From Candidatus Latescibacterota bacterium (GTDB taxonomy: Bacteria; Latescibacterota; UBA2968): 64,000 bases of DNA. The notes under the pieces were generated by a model. The model had not been told where the DNA came from. It saw only the letters and a program-made list of their open reading frames with translations, and searched no databases. The DNA lies in NCBI GenBank assembly GCA_965116885.1, contig OZ220741.1:4064001-4128000 (forward strand), in the 5' to 3' direction. Within the stretch, counting starts at the first letter, position 1. The number at the start of each line of letters is the position of its first letter. Positions 39,531-49,799 of the stretch are shown piece after piece. A program made the translations under genes and the position numbers.

Positions 39531-39631
39531 CATCGCCTTTTTCCCCTTTACTCATGTTATTCTCCGCTGTATCATTGAAACCATATTTGTTTCATCTTGT
39601 ATATTCCATTCAGATATTTGAGGAGGTATTT

Positions 39632-40672
39632 ATGGCCGAAAGAGTAAAAGTGGCCGCGTTGGGGCTGGCGCACGATCATGTGTGGTCAAATTTGCGCGCG
39701 CTCAAAGCACTGGATAATGCCGTGCTCGTGGCTGGTGCAGATGGCAATGCAGAGTTGAGAGAACAATTTGTCGAGACAACGGGCTGTGAGCTGGTATATG
39801 ATGATTTTGAAGCGGTGCTGGACAATGAGGAGCCTGATGCGGTGTTTGTATTTACTCCGACAGCACATCACGCCGATGTGGTGGAATTGTGTGCGCCGCG
39901 CGGGATTCATGTGATGGTTGAAAAACCTATGGCAGCGACCTTAGACCAAGCGGATCGCATGTTGACAGCTGCGCGAAAGGCGGGGACGGTGTTGATGGTA
40001 AACTGGCCGACAGCGTGGAATCGCGGCATCCGCACGGCTTATCGCCTGGTGCAAGAAGGCGCGATCGGGCAGGTGTGGCAACTGCTGTGGCGCGGTGGGC
40101 ATTGCGGACCGGATGAGTTGGGGTGTTCCGAACATTTTTGCGATTTTCTATTTGATAGTCATCTCAATGGCGCAGGTGCTTTTAACGATTACGGGGGATA
40201 TGGTGCGAGTTTGTGCGTGTTGTTTTTGGGACGGCCAAATCGCGTGGTGGGAATGGCGGGGCGGCTGTTGAAAACGCATTTGCCCGTGGATGATAATGGA
40301 ATGATGATTTTGCGCTATCCAAATGCGATGTGTCGGCTGGAGATGACATGGACAGAAGCCGTGCCGAATAAGCCGCCGCACGATTTGATGTTACACGGGA
40401 CGGAGGGGACGATTATTGCGGGAAGTGATGTTGTTTTGTACACGCGCGGTAGTAAAGATGGCAAAACAATTGCGCCAGATGCATTGCCCGAAGGAGAAAA
40501 TAATGCCTCCGAACATTTTATTCATTGTATTCAATCTGGCGCATCGCCCGGTTTTGTGACTTGCGCGGATTTGTCGCGCAATGCACAGGAAATTATGGAG
40601 GCGGGGCTTATTTCTGCGACCAATGGTATTGCCATGTCATTGCCCATTGAAGATCATTTGTTCAGGGAGTAG
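39632..40672 (+). CDS. Gfo/Idh/MocA oxidoreductase
   Basis: GLAHDHV, VMVEKPMA, GAFNDYGGYG; ATG after GAGGAGG. Confidence 0.9.
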   Translation: MAERVKVAALGLAHDHVWSNLRALKALDNAVLVAGADGNAELREQFVETTGCELVYDDFEAVLDNEEPDAVFVFTPTAHHADVVELCAPRGIHVMVEKPMAATLDQADRMLTAARKAGTVLMVNWPTAWNRGIRTAYRLVQEGAIGQVWQLLWRGGHCGPDELGCSEHFCDFLFDSHLNGAGAFNDYGGYGASLCVLFLGRPNRVVGMAGRLLKTHLPVDDNGMMILRYPNAMCRLEMTWTEAVPNKPPHDLMLHGTEGTIIAGSDVVLYTRGSKDGKTIAPDALPEGENNASEHFIHCIQSGASPGFVTCADLSRNAQEIMEAGLISATNGIAMSLPIEDHLFRE

Positions 40673-40675
40673 AGG

Positions 40676-42946
40676 ATGCGGTGGTTTATTCTCGTCGTAT
40701 TTACTATTGCTTTTGCAGGTCAAAGTGGGGCGCAAGAAGGTGCGATTAATCGGGACAGTCTCGCGGTTTTGCTGGCCGAAGTACCGGTTGATATGCTGGC
40801 CGCCAAAATGGGTGACTCTCTATTTTCACCTCCAGAGGGTAAGGCGCGTATTTTGCGCGATGCCTATGGCGTACCCCACATTTATGGGCGCACAGATGAG
40901 GATGTCGCGTTTGGTTTTGGTTATGCACAGGCAGAAGATCATCTTCTGCAGATGTTGAAGAATTTTCGCCAGGCCAGCGGGCGTTTGGCCGAGATCGAAG
41001 GCGTTTCGGCCTTAAAATTGGATGAAATGGCTTTGCGATGGCGCATTCACAGTATTGCGGGTGAACGGTACGGGGATATTTCTGAGAAGACGCGGCAATA
41101 TATCGCAGCTTTTGTTGGGGGTATCAACCACTATATTGAAATTCATCGACAGGTATTGCCGCAGTGGGTGCAGGATGTGCGGGCGGTAGATGTAGTGGCT
41201 CTTGCACGGTGGATTTTGTTCTTGTTTGCGGAGCAGACCGGTGAATCCGAATTGGCCCAGGTGGGATTGATGACAACGGTTCCCAAATTGCCGGGATCCA
41301 ATTTGTGGGTTGTGGGGGCGTCTCGGTCTGGCAGTGGCGCGCCCGTGCTGGCGATGGATGTACAGTTGCCGTACACAACGCCCTTTCAGCTTTGCGAGGC
41401 GCATCTGGTTAGTAATGCGGGTTTAGATGTGATGGGGGCGACGTTTTTTGGATTGCCAATTATTTTTGTCGGTCACAATAATCACGTTGCCTGGTCAATA
41501 ACCACCAATGATATAGATGTCTTTGATTTGTACGAGGAGCGTCTGGATCCGATCAATCCCAGACGCTATTTTTATGGGGATGAGAAAAGGCGCGTGGTGT
41601 CGCGGCATGTGAAAATTGGCATACACAGCGAGCAGGGGATTCGGGAGGTTGAGCGCGAGTTGCGCTATACCGATCACGGTCCTGTGTACAAGACGATTGG
41701 CAACTGGGCTTATGCGGCGCGTACGAGTATAGAAAACCGCGTAGATGCAATAGGGCAATTGCTGGGGATGAATCGCGCGGTGACACTGAACGATTTTCAG
41801 CAGGCGCTTTCGCATTTGGAGTTGCCGGTTTTCAATGTGATATACGGCGATGTGACAGGCGAGATTTTTTATGTGTTTAATGGCTGCTGTCCCGTGCGAT
41901 CAGAAAAATTCGATTGGCACGCGCCCGTGCCGGGGTGGACGCCTGAAACAGAGTGGAGAGGTGTGATCGCATTTTCCGAACTGCCACAAGTGCATAATCC
42001 CGCTTCTGGCTCTTTGCAGAATTGCAATGTCTCGCCAGATGTGGTTGCGATTGATAGTGGTCTTAAAATGGACGATTTCCCACCATTTTTGGGGTGGGGA
42101 ACGCCCAATTATCGCGCGCAGCGGATTGTGAACTATTTGCTCACGCATCAAAATATTGTAGTTGGCGATATGCAGGTTTTGCTTAGAGATGATTATCTCG
42201 TTGACGCAGAAGAATATAAAGGGCTGATTTACCGCGCTTATAACCGCGCCTGGCCCGTGTTATTCGATCCCAACTGGGAGGTTGGCAAAGCTGTTCAAAT
42301 TCTCAGGGCCTGGGATAATCGGGCGAGTTTAGAGAGCGTTGGCACGCTTTTATTTTCGATTTGGAAGACCCGATTCGATTCGTCGTTCGCACAGGTTCCG
42401 CAAAAGCGAGATATTTTGGTTCGGGAAAAGGTTGCACTGGAGGCGTTGCAACAGGCGGTCGCATATATGACTGCGACTTATGGACGACTGGATGTGCCCT
42501 GGGGACAGGTACATTATTTGAAGCGGGGAGATCGCACTTTCCCGATGAGCGGTGCACCTTCTGGCACGGAGGCTTTGCGTCAGACGCTGACCCGAATAGA
42601 AGCAGATGGCACAATGGTTATCGAAGGTGGATCAGCTTTTGAGATGGTGGTTTCGCTGGTGCAGCCGGTGCAGTCGTGGAGCGCGCTGGCTTATGGGAAT
42701 AGCGAAGATCCCGAGTCCCCCCATTATGACGATCAGGCTGATTTACAACATCGCAATACATTTAAGAAGACGGTTTTTACAACTGGTGATTTGCAACCTG
42801 TTCTGACGGATCTCACGACGGTTCCTTACGATCCCGAAGAAGCCGAACGTCAATCGCTTAAGGCTCTCTGGCGCAAGCAGTTGCAAACCGGTATGGTCAT
42901 ACCTGATTCTACGAATACTGAGTCAAAAACCTTACCAGACGATTAA
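40676..42946 (+). CDS. Penicillin acylase family Ntn-hydrolase (S45)
   Basis: RDAYGVPHI, GYAQAED, GSNLW catalytic Ser, HGPV, SPHYDDQA. Confidence 0.92.
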   Translation: MRWFILVVFTIAFAGQSGAQEGAINRDSLAVLLAEVPVDMLAAKMGDSLFSPPEGKARILRDAYGVPHIYGRTDEDVAFGFGYAQAEDHLLQMLKNFRQASGRLAEIEGVSALKLDEMALRWRIHSIAGERYGDISEKTRQYIAAFVGGINHYIEIHRQVLPQWVQDVRAVDVVALARWILFLFAEQTGESELAQVGLMTTVPKLPGSNLWVVGASRSGSGAPVLAMDVQLPYTTPFQLCEAHLVSNAGLDVMGATFFGLPIIFVGHNNHVAWSITTNDIDVFDLYEERLDPINPRRYFYGDEKRRVVSRHVKIGIHSEQGIREVERELRYTDHGPVYKTIGNWAYAARTSIENRVDAIGQLLGMNRAVTLNDFQQALSHLELPVFNVIYGDVTGEIFYVFNGCCPVRSEKFDWHAPVPGWTPETEWRGVIAFSELPQVHNPASGSLQNCNVSPDVVAIDSGLKMDDFPPFLGWGTPNYRAQRIVNYLLTHQNIVVGDMQVLLRDDYLVDAEEYKGLIYRAYNRAWPVLFDPNWEVGKAVQILRAWDNRASLESVGTLLFSIWKTRFDSSFAQVPQKRDILVREKVALEALQQAVAYMTATYGRLDVPWGQVHYLKRGDRTFPMSGAPSGTEALRQTLTRIEADGTMVIEGGSAFEMVVSLVQPVQSWSALAYGNSEDPESPHYDDQADLQHRNTFKKTVFTTGDLQPVLTDLTTVPYDPEEAERQSLKALWRKQLQTGMVIPDSTNTESKTLPDD

Positions 42947-42985
42947 AAATTTCCGTATTTTGAGATATTGTATCAGGAGGTCTTA

Positions 42986-45403
42986 ATGCGTTTTTATATA
43001 TTGGTTTTCGCGCTGATGGCAGTTGTAACTCCCATATATGCACAGGGTATGGTTCAACAGGTGGTGGGTGATCTCGTATATATAGAAGGGCTTTCTACTG
43101 ATCTGGATGATAAATTGCGGGTTGCAGGGGATGATGGTGCGGTTTTGCAGGTGATCAAGGTGTTGCCCAATGTGGCGGTTGCGCGCGTGGTGGAGGAGAA
43201 TGGTTCGCCGGTAAAATCCGGGGATCGGACTCAGGTGGATGATGGCACGCTTGCAGGATCGCCGCGCAGGGTGGTACATGCGATGCGGGTTGCTGCTGCA
43301 CCGCGCATTGACGGACGGTTGGACGACACAGTTTGGCGACAAGCACAGGCCGCGGAGGGATTTGTTCAGCGCGATCCGAAATACTGGATGCCGGTGACTG
43401 AGCGGACAGTTGTGAAAATTATTTATGATAATGAAAAAATTTATTTCGGTTTTGAATGTTACGATAAAAATCCCGGCCTCATTGTTACCAATAATATGCG
43501 CCGAGATTCTCAGCTTTCTGGCGATGACAATATCCAGTTGTTGCTCGATCCGTTTAATGACAAACAGAATGGAGTTTTCTTTATTATCAATGCGCTCGGC
43601 GCGCGGGCAGATATGCTTTTGTCAAATGAAGGGCGAACGACGAATGAAGATTGGGATTGTATCTGGGAGGCGCGGTGTGTGCGCCACGAGAAGGGCTGGA
43701 CTGCCGAAATAGCGATACCGTTTGATCAACTCCGTTTCAACCCGTCTGATGAGATGGAATGGGGGATTAACATGGGGCGTTATATCGGGCACAAGAATGA
43801 AGAGACCGCGTTTATTGTCGGGCGACATACGCCATCGCCCCGGCGGCGATATCAGATGACCGATATGGGTGTGTTGCGCGGATTAAAGGCTGTTGAGAGA
43901 AAGCGGCTTTTTCAAGTCAAGCCGTATGTGTTGCCGGGGACTTCGCGCAATTTTGCAGGCGATGAGGGTGAGAATCGCACATTTGAAGCGGGTGCAGACG
44001 TGCGCTATGGCCTGACATCCAATCTCGCGCTGGATGTGTCTTATAATACGGATTTTGCCCAGGTCGAAGCCGATCAAGAGCAGGTGAATTTGACGCAGTT
44101 TTCCCAGTTTTTTCCCGAAAAGCGAGAATTTTTCCTGGAGGGGGCGCAATTGTTTGACTTTGGCGAGGCTGCGTCAACTCGAGGGGGAGATAGGCGCCCG
44201 CCAACGCTTCTTTTTTATAGCAGAAGAATCGGTCTGGATAGGGGGCAGCCCGTCCCGATTCTCGCAGGTGGCAAGTTGGCTGGCAAAGCCGGGCGCACCA
44301 GTATTGGCGCATTAAATGTTCTGACGGATTCTGAGATGTTGGATACGCGGACACTACCTCGCAGAAATTTTTCTGTGTTGAGGATGAAACGCGATGTGCT
44401 CGCGCGGTCCAATGTGGGATTTATCTGGGTAAATAAACAAAGCGAAGTGTCCGATGGTGGGTGGGGCGACTACAATCGCGCAGGAGGGCTGGATTTCAGT
44501 TTTTCGCCTTCAACCGCAGTCAATATACAGGCTTTTTATGCGCGTACGTGGGATAAGGAGCAAGAGGATGCAGATGATGCACGGTACCTTCGCTTTTCGT
44601 ATAACGGTACCAAATACTCGGGTTCGGCAACAGTTCTGGATGTGGAGGACAATTTTGAGCCGGAGGCGGGGTTTGTCAATCGCCGACGTGGGATTCGGGG
44701 ATTTCGGCGTTACAATGTCAATCTATCCTATTTGCCGCGTCCCAGAGTAGCCAATATCCGCAATTTGAGGTTCACGCCTGATATTCAGGTGATTGAAGAC
44801 GACGCAGGCGAGGTGCCGTTCCAGCGGTTCAGATTTGATGGTGTGCTCGCACTTCAGACGGCTGACCGCTTTTTGGTGCGTGTGGAGAGGACCCGCGATG
44901 TCGTTGCGCGGACTTTTAGACCGTCGCGCAAGCGACCCGATGTCGCCATTCCACCGGACGAATATACTTTTACATCGTTCAGGCTGGGACCGGATACGGC
45001 AAATTATCGCAAATTGCAGTTGGATTTTGATTTTCTGGTGGGGACCTATTATACGGGACACCTGTATCGGGTAACCGCAGAAAATGCCTATCGTCCCAAT
45101 GGCAGATTGGGTATTGAGCTGATTTACGATGGCAATTGGATTCGCTTGCCACAGGCCAATCTCAATATTCAGGCGTTGAGCACGCGGTTGATTTATTCGT
45201 TTACAACCGATTTCTTTTTTAAAATTTTCGCACAGTGGAATAGTGACAGCGAATCCGTGGGCGCAAACTTTTTGCTCAATTACCGTTTCCGCCCGGGCAG
45301 CGATATTTTCTTTGTGTATGATCACGGGTTTGGAACCGATGGCGATCTTCACCAGACCGGCCGCGCCGTGCTGCTCAAGGTGTCGTATTTGATTGGGTTG
45401 TGA
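42986..45403 (+). CDS. CBM9-like domain plus DUF5916-type outer-membrane protein
   Basis: PRIDGRLDD..W, WTAEIAIPF, NTDFAQVEAD, FPEKREFFLEG, LFYSRRIG, C-terminal LKVSYL. Confidence 0.85.
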   Translation: MRFYILVFALMAVVTPIYAQGMVQQVVGDLVYIEGLSTDLDDKLRVAGDDGAVLQVIKVLPNVAVARVVEENGSPVKSGDRTQVDDGTLAGSPRRVVHAMRVAAAPRIDGRLDDTVWRQAQAAEGFVQRDPKYWMPVTERTVVKIIYDNEKIYFGFECYDKNPGLIVTNNMRRDSQLSGDDNIQLLLDPFNDKQNGVFFIINALGARADMLLSNEGRTTNEDWDCIWEARCVRHEKGWTAEIAIPFDQLRFNPSDEMEWGINMGRYIGHKNEETAFIVGRHTPSPRRRYQMTDMGVLRGLKAVERKRLFQVKPYVLPGTSRNFAGDEGENRTFEAGADVRYGLTSNLALDVSYNTDFAQVEADQEQVNLTQFSQFFPEKREFFLEGAQLFDFGEAASTRGGDRRPPTLLFYSRRIGLDRGQPVPILAGGKLAGKAGRTSIGALNVLTDSEMLDTRTLPRRNFSVLRMKRDVLARSNVGFIWVNKQSEVSDGGWGDYNRAGGLDFSFSPSTAVNIQAFYARTWDKEQEDADDARYLRFSYNGTKYSGSATVLDVEDNFEPEAGFVNRRRGIRGFRRYNVNLSYLPRPRVANIRNLRFTPDIQVIEDDAGEVPFQRFRFDGVLALQTADRFLVRVERTRDVVARTFRPSRKRPDVAIPPDEYTFTSFRLGPDTANYRKLQLDFDFLVGTYYTGHLYRVTAENAYRPNGRLGIELIYDGNWIRLPQANLNIQALSTRLIYSFTTDFFFKIFAQWNSDSESVGANFLLNYRFRPGSDIFFVYDHGFGTDGDLHQTGRAVLLKVSYLIGL

Positions 45404-45436
45404 GATAAGAATAAAATAAAAAAGAAAGGTGCAGCA

Positions 45437-46429
45437 ATGTACAACTTATTATGCGTTCTGATTCTATCAATGGTAATAGGACCTCCCGATTCGGTAAAGG
45501 CAGTTGATGATTCGAAAACGTTGGATCGCGTGAGAATCGGTGACAAGTGGGGATTTGCCGACTCGACAGGCAAGATGGTTATCGATCCGATTTTTGACCT
45601 TACCTGGGGGTTTTCAGAGGGATCAGAGGGATTGGCTGCTGTGAAAGTTAGGGACAAGTGGGGATATATCAACCCTGAAAGTGAGATCGTTATCAATCTG
45701 CAATTTGACTATGCCTGGTCTTTTTCGGAAGGGTTGGCTGCTGTAAAAATTGAGGATAAGTATGGGTATATTGACAAGTCAGGCAAGATGGTAATCAAGC
45801 CACAATTTGACCTGGCCGGATTTTTTTGCGAGGGCTTGGCTACTGTAGAAATTGGTCATAAGAGAGGATATATCAATCGGAAAGGCAAAATCGTTATCAA
45901 GCCGCAATTTGACCGGACCAGAGCTTTTAAAGAGGGATTGGCTGCGGTCTTAATTGGTCGCAAGTGGGGATATATCGATCGGACAGGTGAGATGGCGATA
46001 AAGCCACAGTTTGACTATGCCCAGTCTTTTTCAAAAGGGTTGGCTATGGTGCAAAACGAGGGGGCTTGGAGATATATCGACAAAAACGGACAGTATATCA
46101 AGAATGCAGATGGCAGTGGCATGAATACGATTGACGGTTTGCCACCACCGCCATCGGGTGTAATTGAGCAAGGACCAGAACTCGTGCATTCCGTGTCACC
46201 AGTCTATCCCAAAGATGCCTGGAAAGCCAGGCTGGCAGGAAAAGTGACTTTGAGATTTTTGGTTGAGACGGATGGTCGGGTGAGCAATGTGACGGTGCTT
46301 AGAGGTCGAGAAGTTTTCCGGCAGGCAGCGATTGATGCTCTTATGCTATTCCGGTTCAAGCCCGCACAAATAGACGGTGAACCGATTTCCGTCTGGATGA
46401 CGCAGGCGATTTCATTCAATTTGAAATGA
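45437..46429 (+). CDS. WG-repeat protein fused to a TonB C-terminal domain
   Basis: Repeats of FSEGLAAV...KWGYID; then PPPP linker and PVYP..A..A...GKV...F.V..DG.V. Confidence 0.88.
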   Translation: MYNLLCVLILSMVIGPPDSVKAVDDSKTLDRVRIGDKWGFADSTGKMVIDPIFDLTWGFSEGSEGLAAVKVRDKWGYINPESEIVINLQFDYAWSFSEGLAAVKIEDKYGYIDKSGKMVIKPQFDLAGFFCEGLATVEIGHKRGYINRKGKIVIKPQFDRTRAFKEGLAAVLIGRKWGYIDRTGEMAIKPQFDYAQSFSKGLAMVQNEGAWRYIDKNGQYIKNADGSGMNTIDGLPPPPSGVIEQGPELVHSVSPVYPKDAWKARLAGKVTLRFLVETDGRVSNVTVLRGREVFRQAAIDALMLFRFKPAQIDGEPISVWMTQAISFNLK

Positions 46430-46585
46430 GGTAACAACTTCAAAGGCGTCGCTATCGCCTCCCCAGGCCATATCGTAAGAGATGATGTAGGTTTGCATTT
46501 AACCTTTGATGTAGGTCAGAAAACTGAGGATAATAACCGCGTGCAAATCAAGCGCGATTGCGATAAATATTTGAAATCAGAATAG

Positions 46586-46616
46586 AAAAAGCACCCGAGT
46601 TTGGGTGCTTTTTTTT
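46586..46616. terminator. Bidirectional terminator
   Basis: aaaaagcaccc-gagttt-gggtgctttttttt between convergent genes. Confidence 0.8.
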
Positions 46617-46710
46617 GGGCGGGCACAGGGGCACCGCCCCTACATTACTGGCTTATGCCATTATCCTGTCTCTCATCCGCGCAATCCGCGTAATCCATAC
46701 AATCCGCGAT
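46617..46710. repeat. REP-like palindrome plus short AATCC tandem repeats
   Basis: gggcgggcacaggggcaccgcccctac; atccgcgca-atccgcgta-atccataca-atccgcga. Confidence 0.55.
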
Positions 46711-46717
46711 CATTTTC

Positions 46718-48418
46718 TCACAGCGCGAGTGCCACGCCTATCCCGACGATGGGTATGAGCAGGTATTTGAGAATCCCCCTGCGTTTGCCCTGTATGTTGC
46801 CGAGGATAGATGTCTCCAATTTGTTGGTGCCTGTTTTGTAATGCAGGCATTCCATACCTGGGGTCGCGGCGATGGCAGTAACGCCGGGCCAGACGGGTTT
46901 GATGCCGCTTGCAGGATAGAGAATGATATTTTCGCGGTGGCGTTTGTAATCGCCCATTTTGACCAGAAGTGCGTATTCTCGACCAAAAGTAATTTGATCG
47001 GGTTGAACAATCGGGCCGAGTTCGTCCCCGACGACGGTTTGCAAGCGAACCGTATCCGACGCGGTTTTGGCGGTGGGCAACCACAAGCTAACACGCGGTG
47101 AGATGGGTAGAAAGGTGGGGGCATCGGAAACTCGGAATGAAATGGGAATGGCCATGTTTTGCGTGTCTTTGAGCATATAATGGCCTTTGGGAAGAGTTAT
47201 GGAAAACTCTTGCAGACGATTGGCAATATTGTCGTTCAGGATGTGTTCGGCAAGGGCGACGAGGCTGTCGTGCATGGCCTGTTCGTGCGAGGAAGTGGCC
47301 GGGGGCACGGGTGCTTCTCGCGTGAAGCGCACCTGTTCAAAGCGCAAGGTTTTGGGGGACAGGTTGCGAATGGCGAGATAGGCCGCATTTACGTTGATAT
47401 CTAATCGACCGAGGCGGGTGTGCCATTGTTCGGCAAAACGCGTGAGATCGCCCAGACGGGACTCGCTTTCCCCTGGCAGGGGATTGGGTTCTTGTTCTAT
47501 GGGAAAGGGAGAACGCTCACGGGCTTCTTCAAAGAGTACGTTCGCTTCTGAGAAGCGGCGGTATTTGCCCAGTACAATGCCGCGATACACGTCAATTTGC
47601 GACAGCGCACGGAGCAGGCTGCGTTCGCTTTTTCCCATAAGACGCATCGTGCGTTCTAAGTCGCGCGTCTGGTGGCTATAGTATTTCAGATCTTCGATAA
47701 AAGGCGTCAAGCGCGGATCGCTGAGGCGGATAGACGCATTGGTTTCAACCGCGGGTGCTGTTTCGCCAATGGCCAGGGCAGCAGCGAGGAGTTGCGCGCT
47801 TTCGGCGAGGTATTGGTCTGCGATATCCACGAGACCGGGTATGGACAATTCCGTGAGCGGCAGCGGATTGCGGGTAAGCCTAATTTCTATGAGTTTGCCG
47901 CGCGGGGGCAAAAAGAGATCTTGTTCGATGAGGTTAAAGCCGGGTTTGCTGATTTCGAGGCGGTATTTGCCCACAAAGAGGTCCGACTGATATGCCACAT
48001 TGCCGCGTCCGATGTTGATAAACCCGGTGATGGTCGTGTCTTGATCTGCAAATCGAAGATGGATTTCTGCACCTAAGGCTGCGAGTTGATCTGACCAGAT
48101 CTCCAGATGCGCTTTCTGGCGTATGAGCGCAATATGCACCGTATCTGCCAAAACAGTTGTCGTAAATGTGCGCGTGTAGGGCTGGTAGCCGTGTGCATAC
48201 GCTTGAATTTTATCGCCAATGTCCAGTAGCTTTTCTGTGACAAATGGCGTATAACCCGCTTCCTGCCCATTGATGAAGACCTGAGCACCTGTGGGCTCTG
48301 AGCGAATGTGGATTTTCGTCTTGAGAAGCGTCCTTGGCGCAGGCGCTGTTTCTTGAGCCTGGATGTGGAGCGGTGTGGTCAGCAGGATGCAAAATAAAAT
48401 GAATTTCAGGGTGTTCAT
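46718..48418 (-). CDS. PEGA-domain protein with C-terminal hydrophobic anchor
   Basis: Signal peptide MNTLKFIL; IRSEPTGAQVFING..AGYTP; GKYRLEISKPGF; ends KRRGILKYLLIPIVGIGVALAL; ATGA overlap with the upstream gene. Confidence 0.8.
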   Translation of the reverse strand: MNTLKFILFCILLTTPLHIQAQETAPAPRTLLKTKIHIRSEPTGAQVFINGQEAGYTPFVTEKLLDIGDKIQAYAHGYQPYTRTFTTTVLADTVHIALIRQKAHLEIWSDQLAALGAEIHLRFADQDTTITGFINIGRGNVAYQSDLFVGKYRLEISKPGFNLIEQDLFLPPRGKLIEIRLTRNPLPLTELSIPGLVDIADQYLAESAQLLAAALAIGETAPAVETNASIRLSDPRLTPFIEDLKYYSHQTRDLERTMRLMGKSERSLLRALSQIDVYRGIVLGKYRRFSEANVLFEEARERSPFPIEQEPNPLPGESESRLGDLTRFAEQWHTRLGRLDINVNAAYLAIRNLSPKTLRFEQVRFTREAPVPPATSSHEQAMHDSLVALAEHILNDNIANRLQEFSITLPKGHYMLKDTQNMAIPISFRVSDAPTFLPISPRVSLWLPTAKTASDTVRLQTVVGDELGPIVQPDQITFGREYALLVKMGDYKRHRENIILYPASGIKPVWPGVTAIAATPGMECLHYKTGTNKLETSILGNIQGKRRGILKYLLIPIVGIGVALAL

Positions 48419-49791
48419 GGGGAGGTGTCCTGTTTTTTGCTGAGCAGCGCGCTGCTGTGCTTTTCTTCGAGTTGACGCGCTTGTACATAGTTGCCCTGAC
48501 TTTTGGCAATCCGATGAAATTCTTCCCAGTAGCGTTCTGGCGCGATGCGATAGGCCATTTCCGCGGCCTGGTATGCTCTGTCTCCCATATTTTGCAGATC
48601 GGAGTTGAAATAGGCAATCGCCAGGGTGATCAGGGCTTCGCCGCGGTCTTGCCAGCCAAAGGAGGTTACAGGATAAATGGTTGAAATAGCCTCGCGATAC
48701 GCGCCTTCTTTGAGTTTTACGCTCGCCAAACTGAGCGAAAGCCCGCCATAGGTATCGCACACTCTCGGTTCGTATTGGTTGTGCGCGTATGCGTATTTGG
48801 CATATTCAACGGCTTTGGGCAAGTCGTCCCGGTAAGCGGTGAAGGCCATGTCGAGATAGAGGGCGGCGCGAGAGGTGTCGGATCTCGCATAGACCAGAGC
48901 GCGTTGCATGGCGTGGATTGCGCGGTTGGCTTCTTCTTCCTTGCTGTGGCGCAATCCCTTGAGGCGGTAGATGGCACAGCGCATGTTATAGCCGCCGTCA
49001 AAGCGTGCGGCAGCGAGCACTTGATTGAACCAGTCGGGGTTGTCGCCCAAAACGCCGCGGGAAGATGCTGCGGCAATTTTGGGGATATAAAAATCGGGTT
49101 CTATGCCTTCAAAATTCGCCTGCCCGGCGGTCTCGATCAGGTTCAAACTGTTTTCGATATAGACGCTTAAATAAGCCTGGAGGGTATCGCTCATGCTGCT
49201 GCGTTGCGGCGCGGCATAGACAATTTCCTTTTGCGTTCTGCCAAGAATCGCCATCCAAATGTCTCGCAGACCACCCTCAGCGAGATGCCATATCCGGTGC
49301 AGGGAGTCAATTGTTGCGGGTTGAAAGCGCGTGGGTATCCAGGTGCTATCTCGCAATGCTGGCGGGGGCAAATCCAGCGGTAGGGGTTGGCGATTGTTTT
49401 CGCGGTCGAGCACGAAGTTGGCACGCGCCATCGCGTATTTGACGGTGAGCCGTCCCAATTCGTAGCGAACATCGGGGTCTTGCTCGCGGTCGAGTGCCGT
49501 GCGGTAGGCGTCGGCACTTTTTCTGAGCAGGTCCAATCGGTTGGGCGCGTCCTGCCCCGTGTCGTAGGCACGCTCGCCTGCCGTGCCCAGCCAGATATAA
49601 TAGGCACTGGTAAAGATGAGGGCCTGGTTGCACGCGCGCTCAAAATGTGCGACGGCTTCGAGATATCGGCCACTCTCATAAGCACTGCGGCCCTGCTCAA
49701 AAGACTGATAGGCGAGGGCGTCGTCCTTTTCCTGGGCAAGGGCAAGGGATGGTAAAACGAAAAAAGCGAGGATAAGAATTATTTTTTTCAT
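48415..49791 (-). CDS. Secreted TPR-like protein
   Basis: Signal peptide MKKIILIL...ALAQ; helical repeats GRYLEAVAHFERA, YIWLG.A, RYELG. Confidence 0.75.
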   Translation of the reverse strand: MKKIILILAFFVLPSLALAQEKDDALAYQSFEQGRSAYESGRYLEAVAHFERACNQALIFTSAYYIWLGTAGERAYDTGQDAPNRLDLLRKSADAYRTALDREQDPDVRYELGRLTVKYAMARANFVLDRENNRQPLPLDLPPPALRDSTWIPTRFQPATIDSLHRIWHLAEGGLRDIWMAILGRTQKEIVYAAPQRSSMSDTLQAYLSVYIENSLNLIETAGQANFEGIEPDFYIPKIAAASSRGVLGDNPDWFNQVLAAARFDGGYNMRCAIYRLKGLRHSKEEEANRAIHAMQRALVYARSDTSRAALYLDMAFTAYRDDLPKAVEYAKYAYAHNQYEPRVCDTYGGLSLSLASVKLKEGAYREAISTIYPVTSFGWQDRGEALITLAIAYFNSDLQNMGDRAYQAAEMAYRIAPERYWEEFHRIAKSQGNYVQARQLEEKHSSALLSKKQDTSP

Positions 49792-49799
49792 TAGCGATC

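Noticed and set aside
46430..46585. 51 open codons in frame after the TGA of the WG-TonB gene (possible read-through)
   Set aside because: Length is compatible with chance, TonB_C ends normally at the TGA, and no SECIS-like evidence was seen
46718..48760. 680-aa ORF as given in the track
   Set aside because: The first 114 codons overlap the TPR gene; the signal peptide and ATGA overlap place the start at 48418
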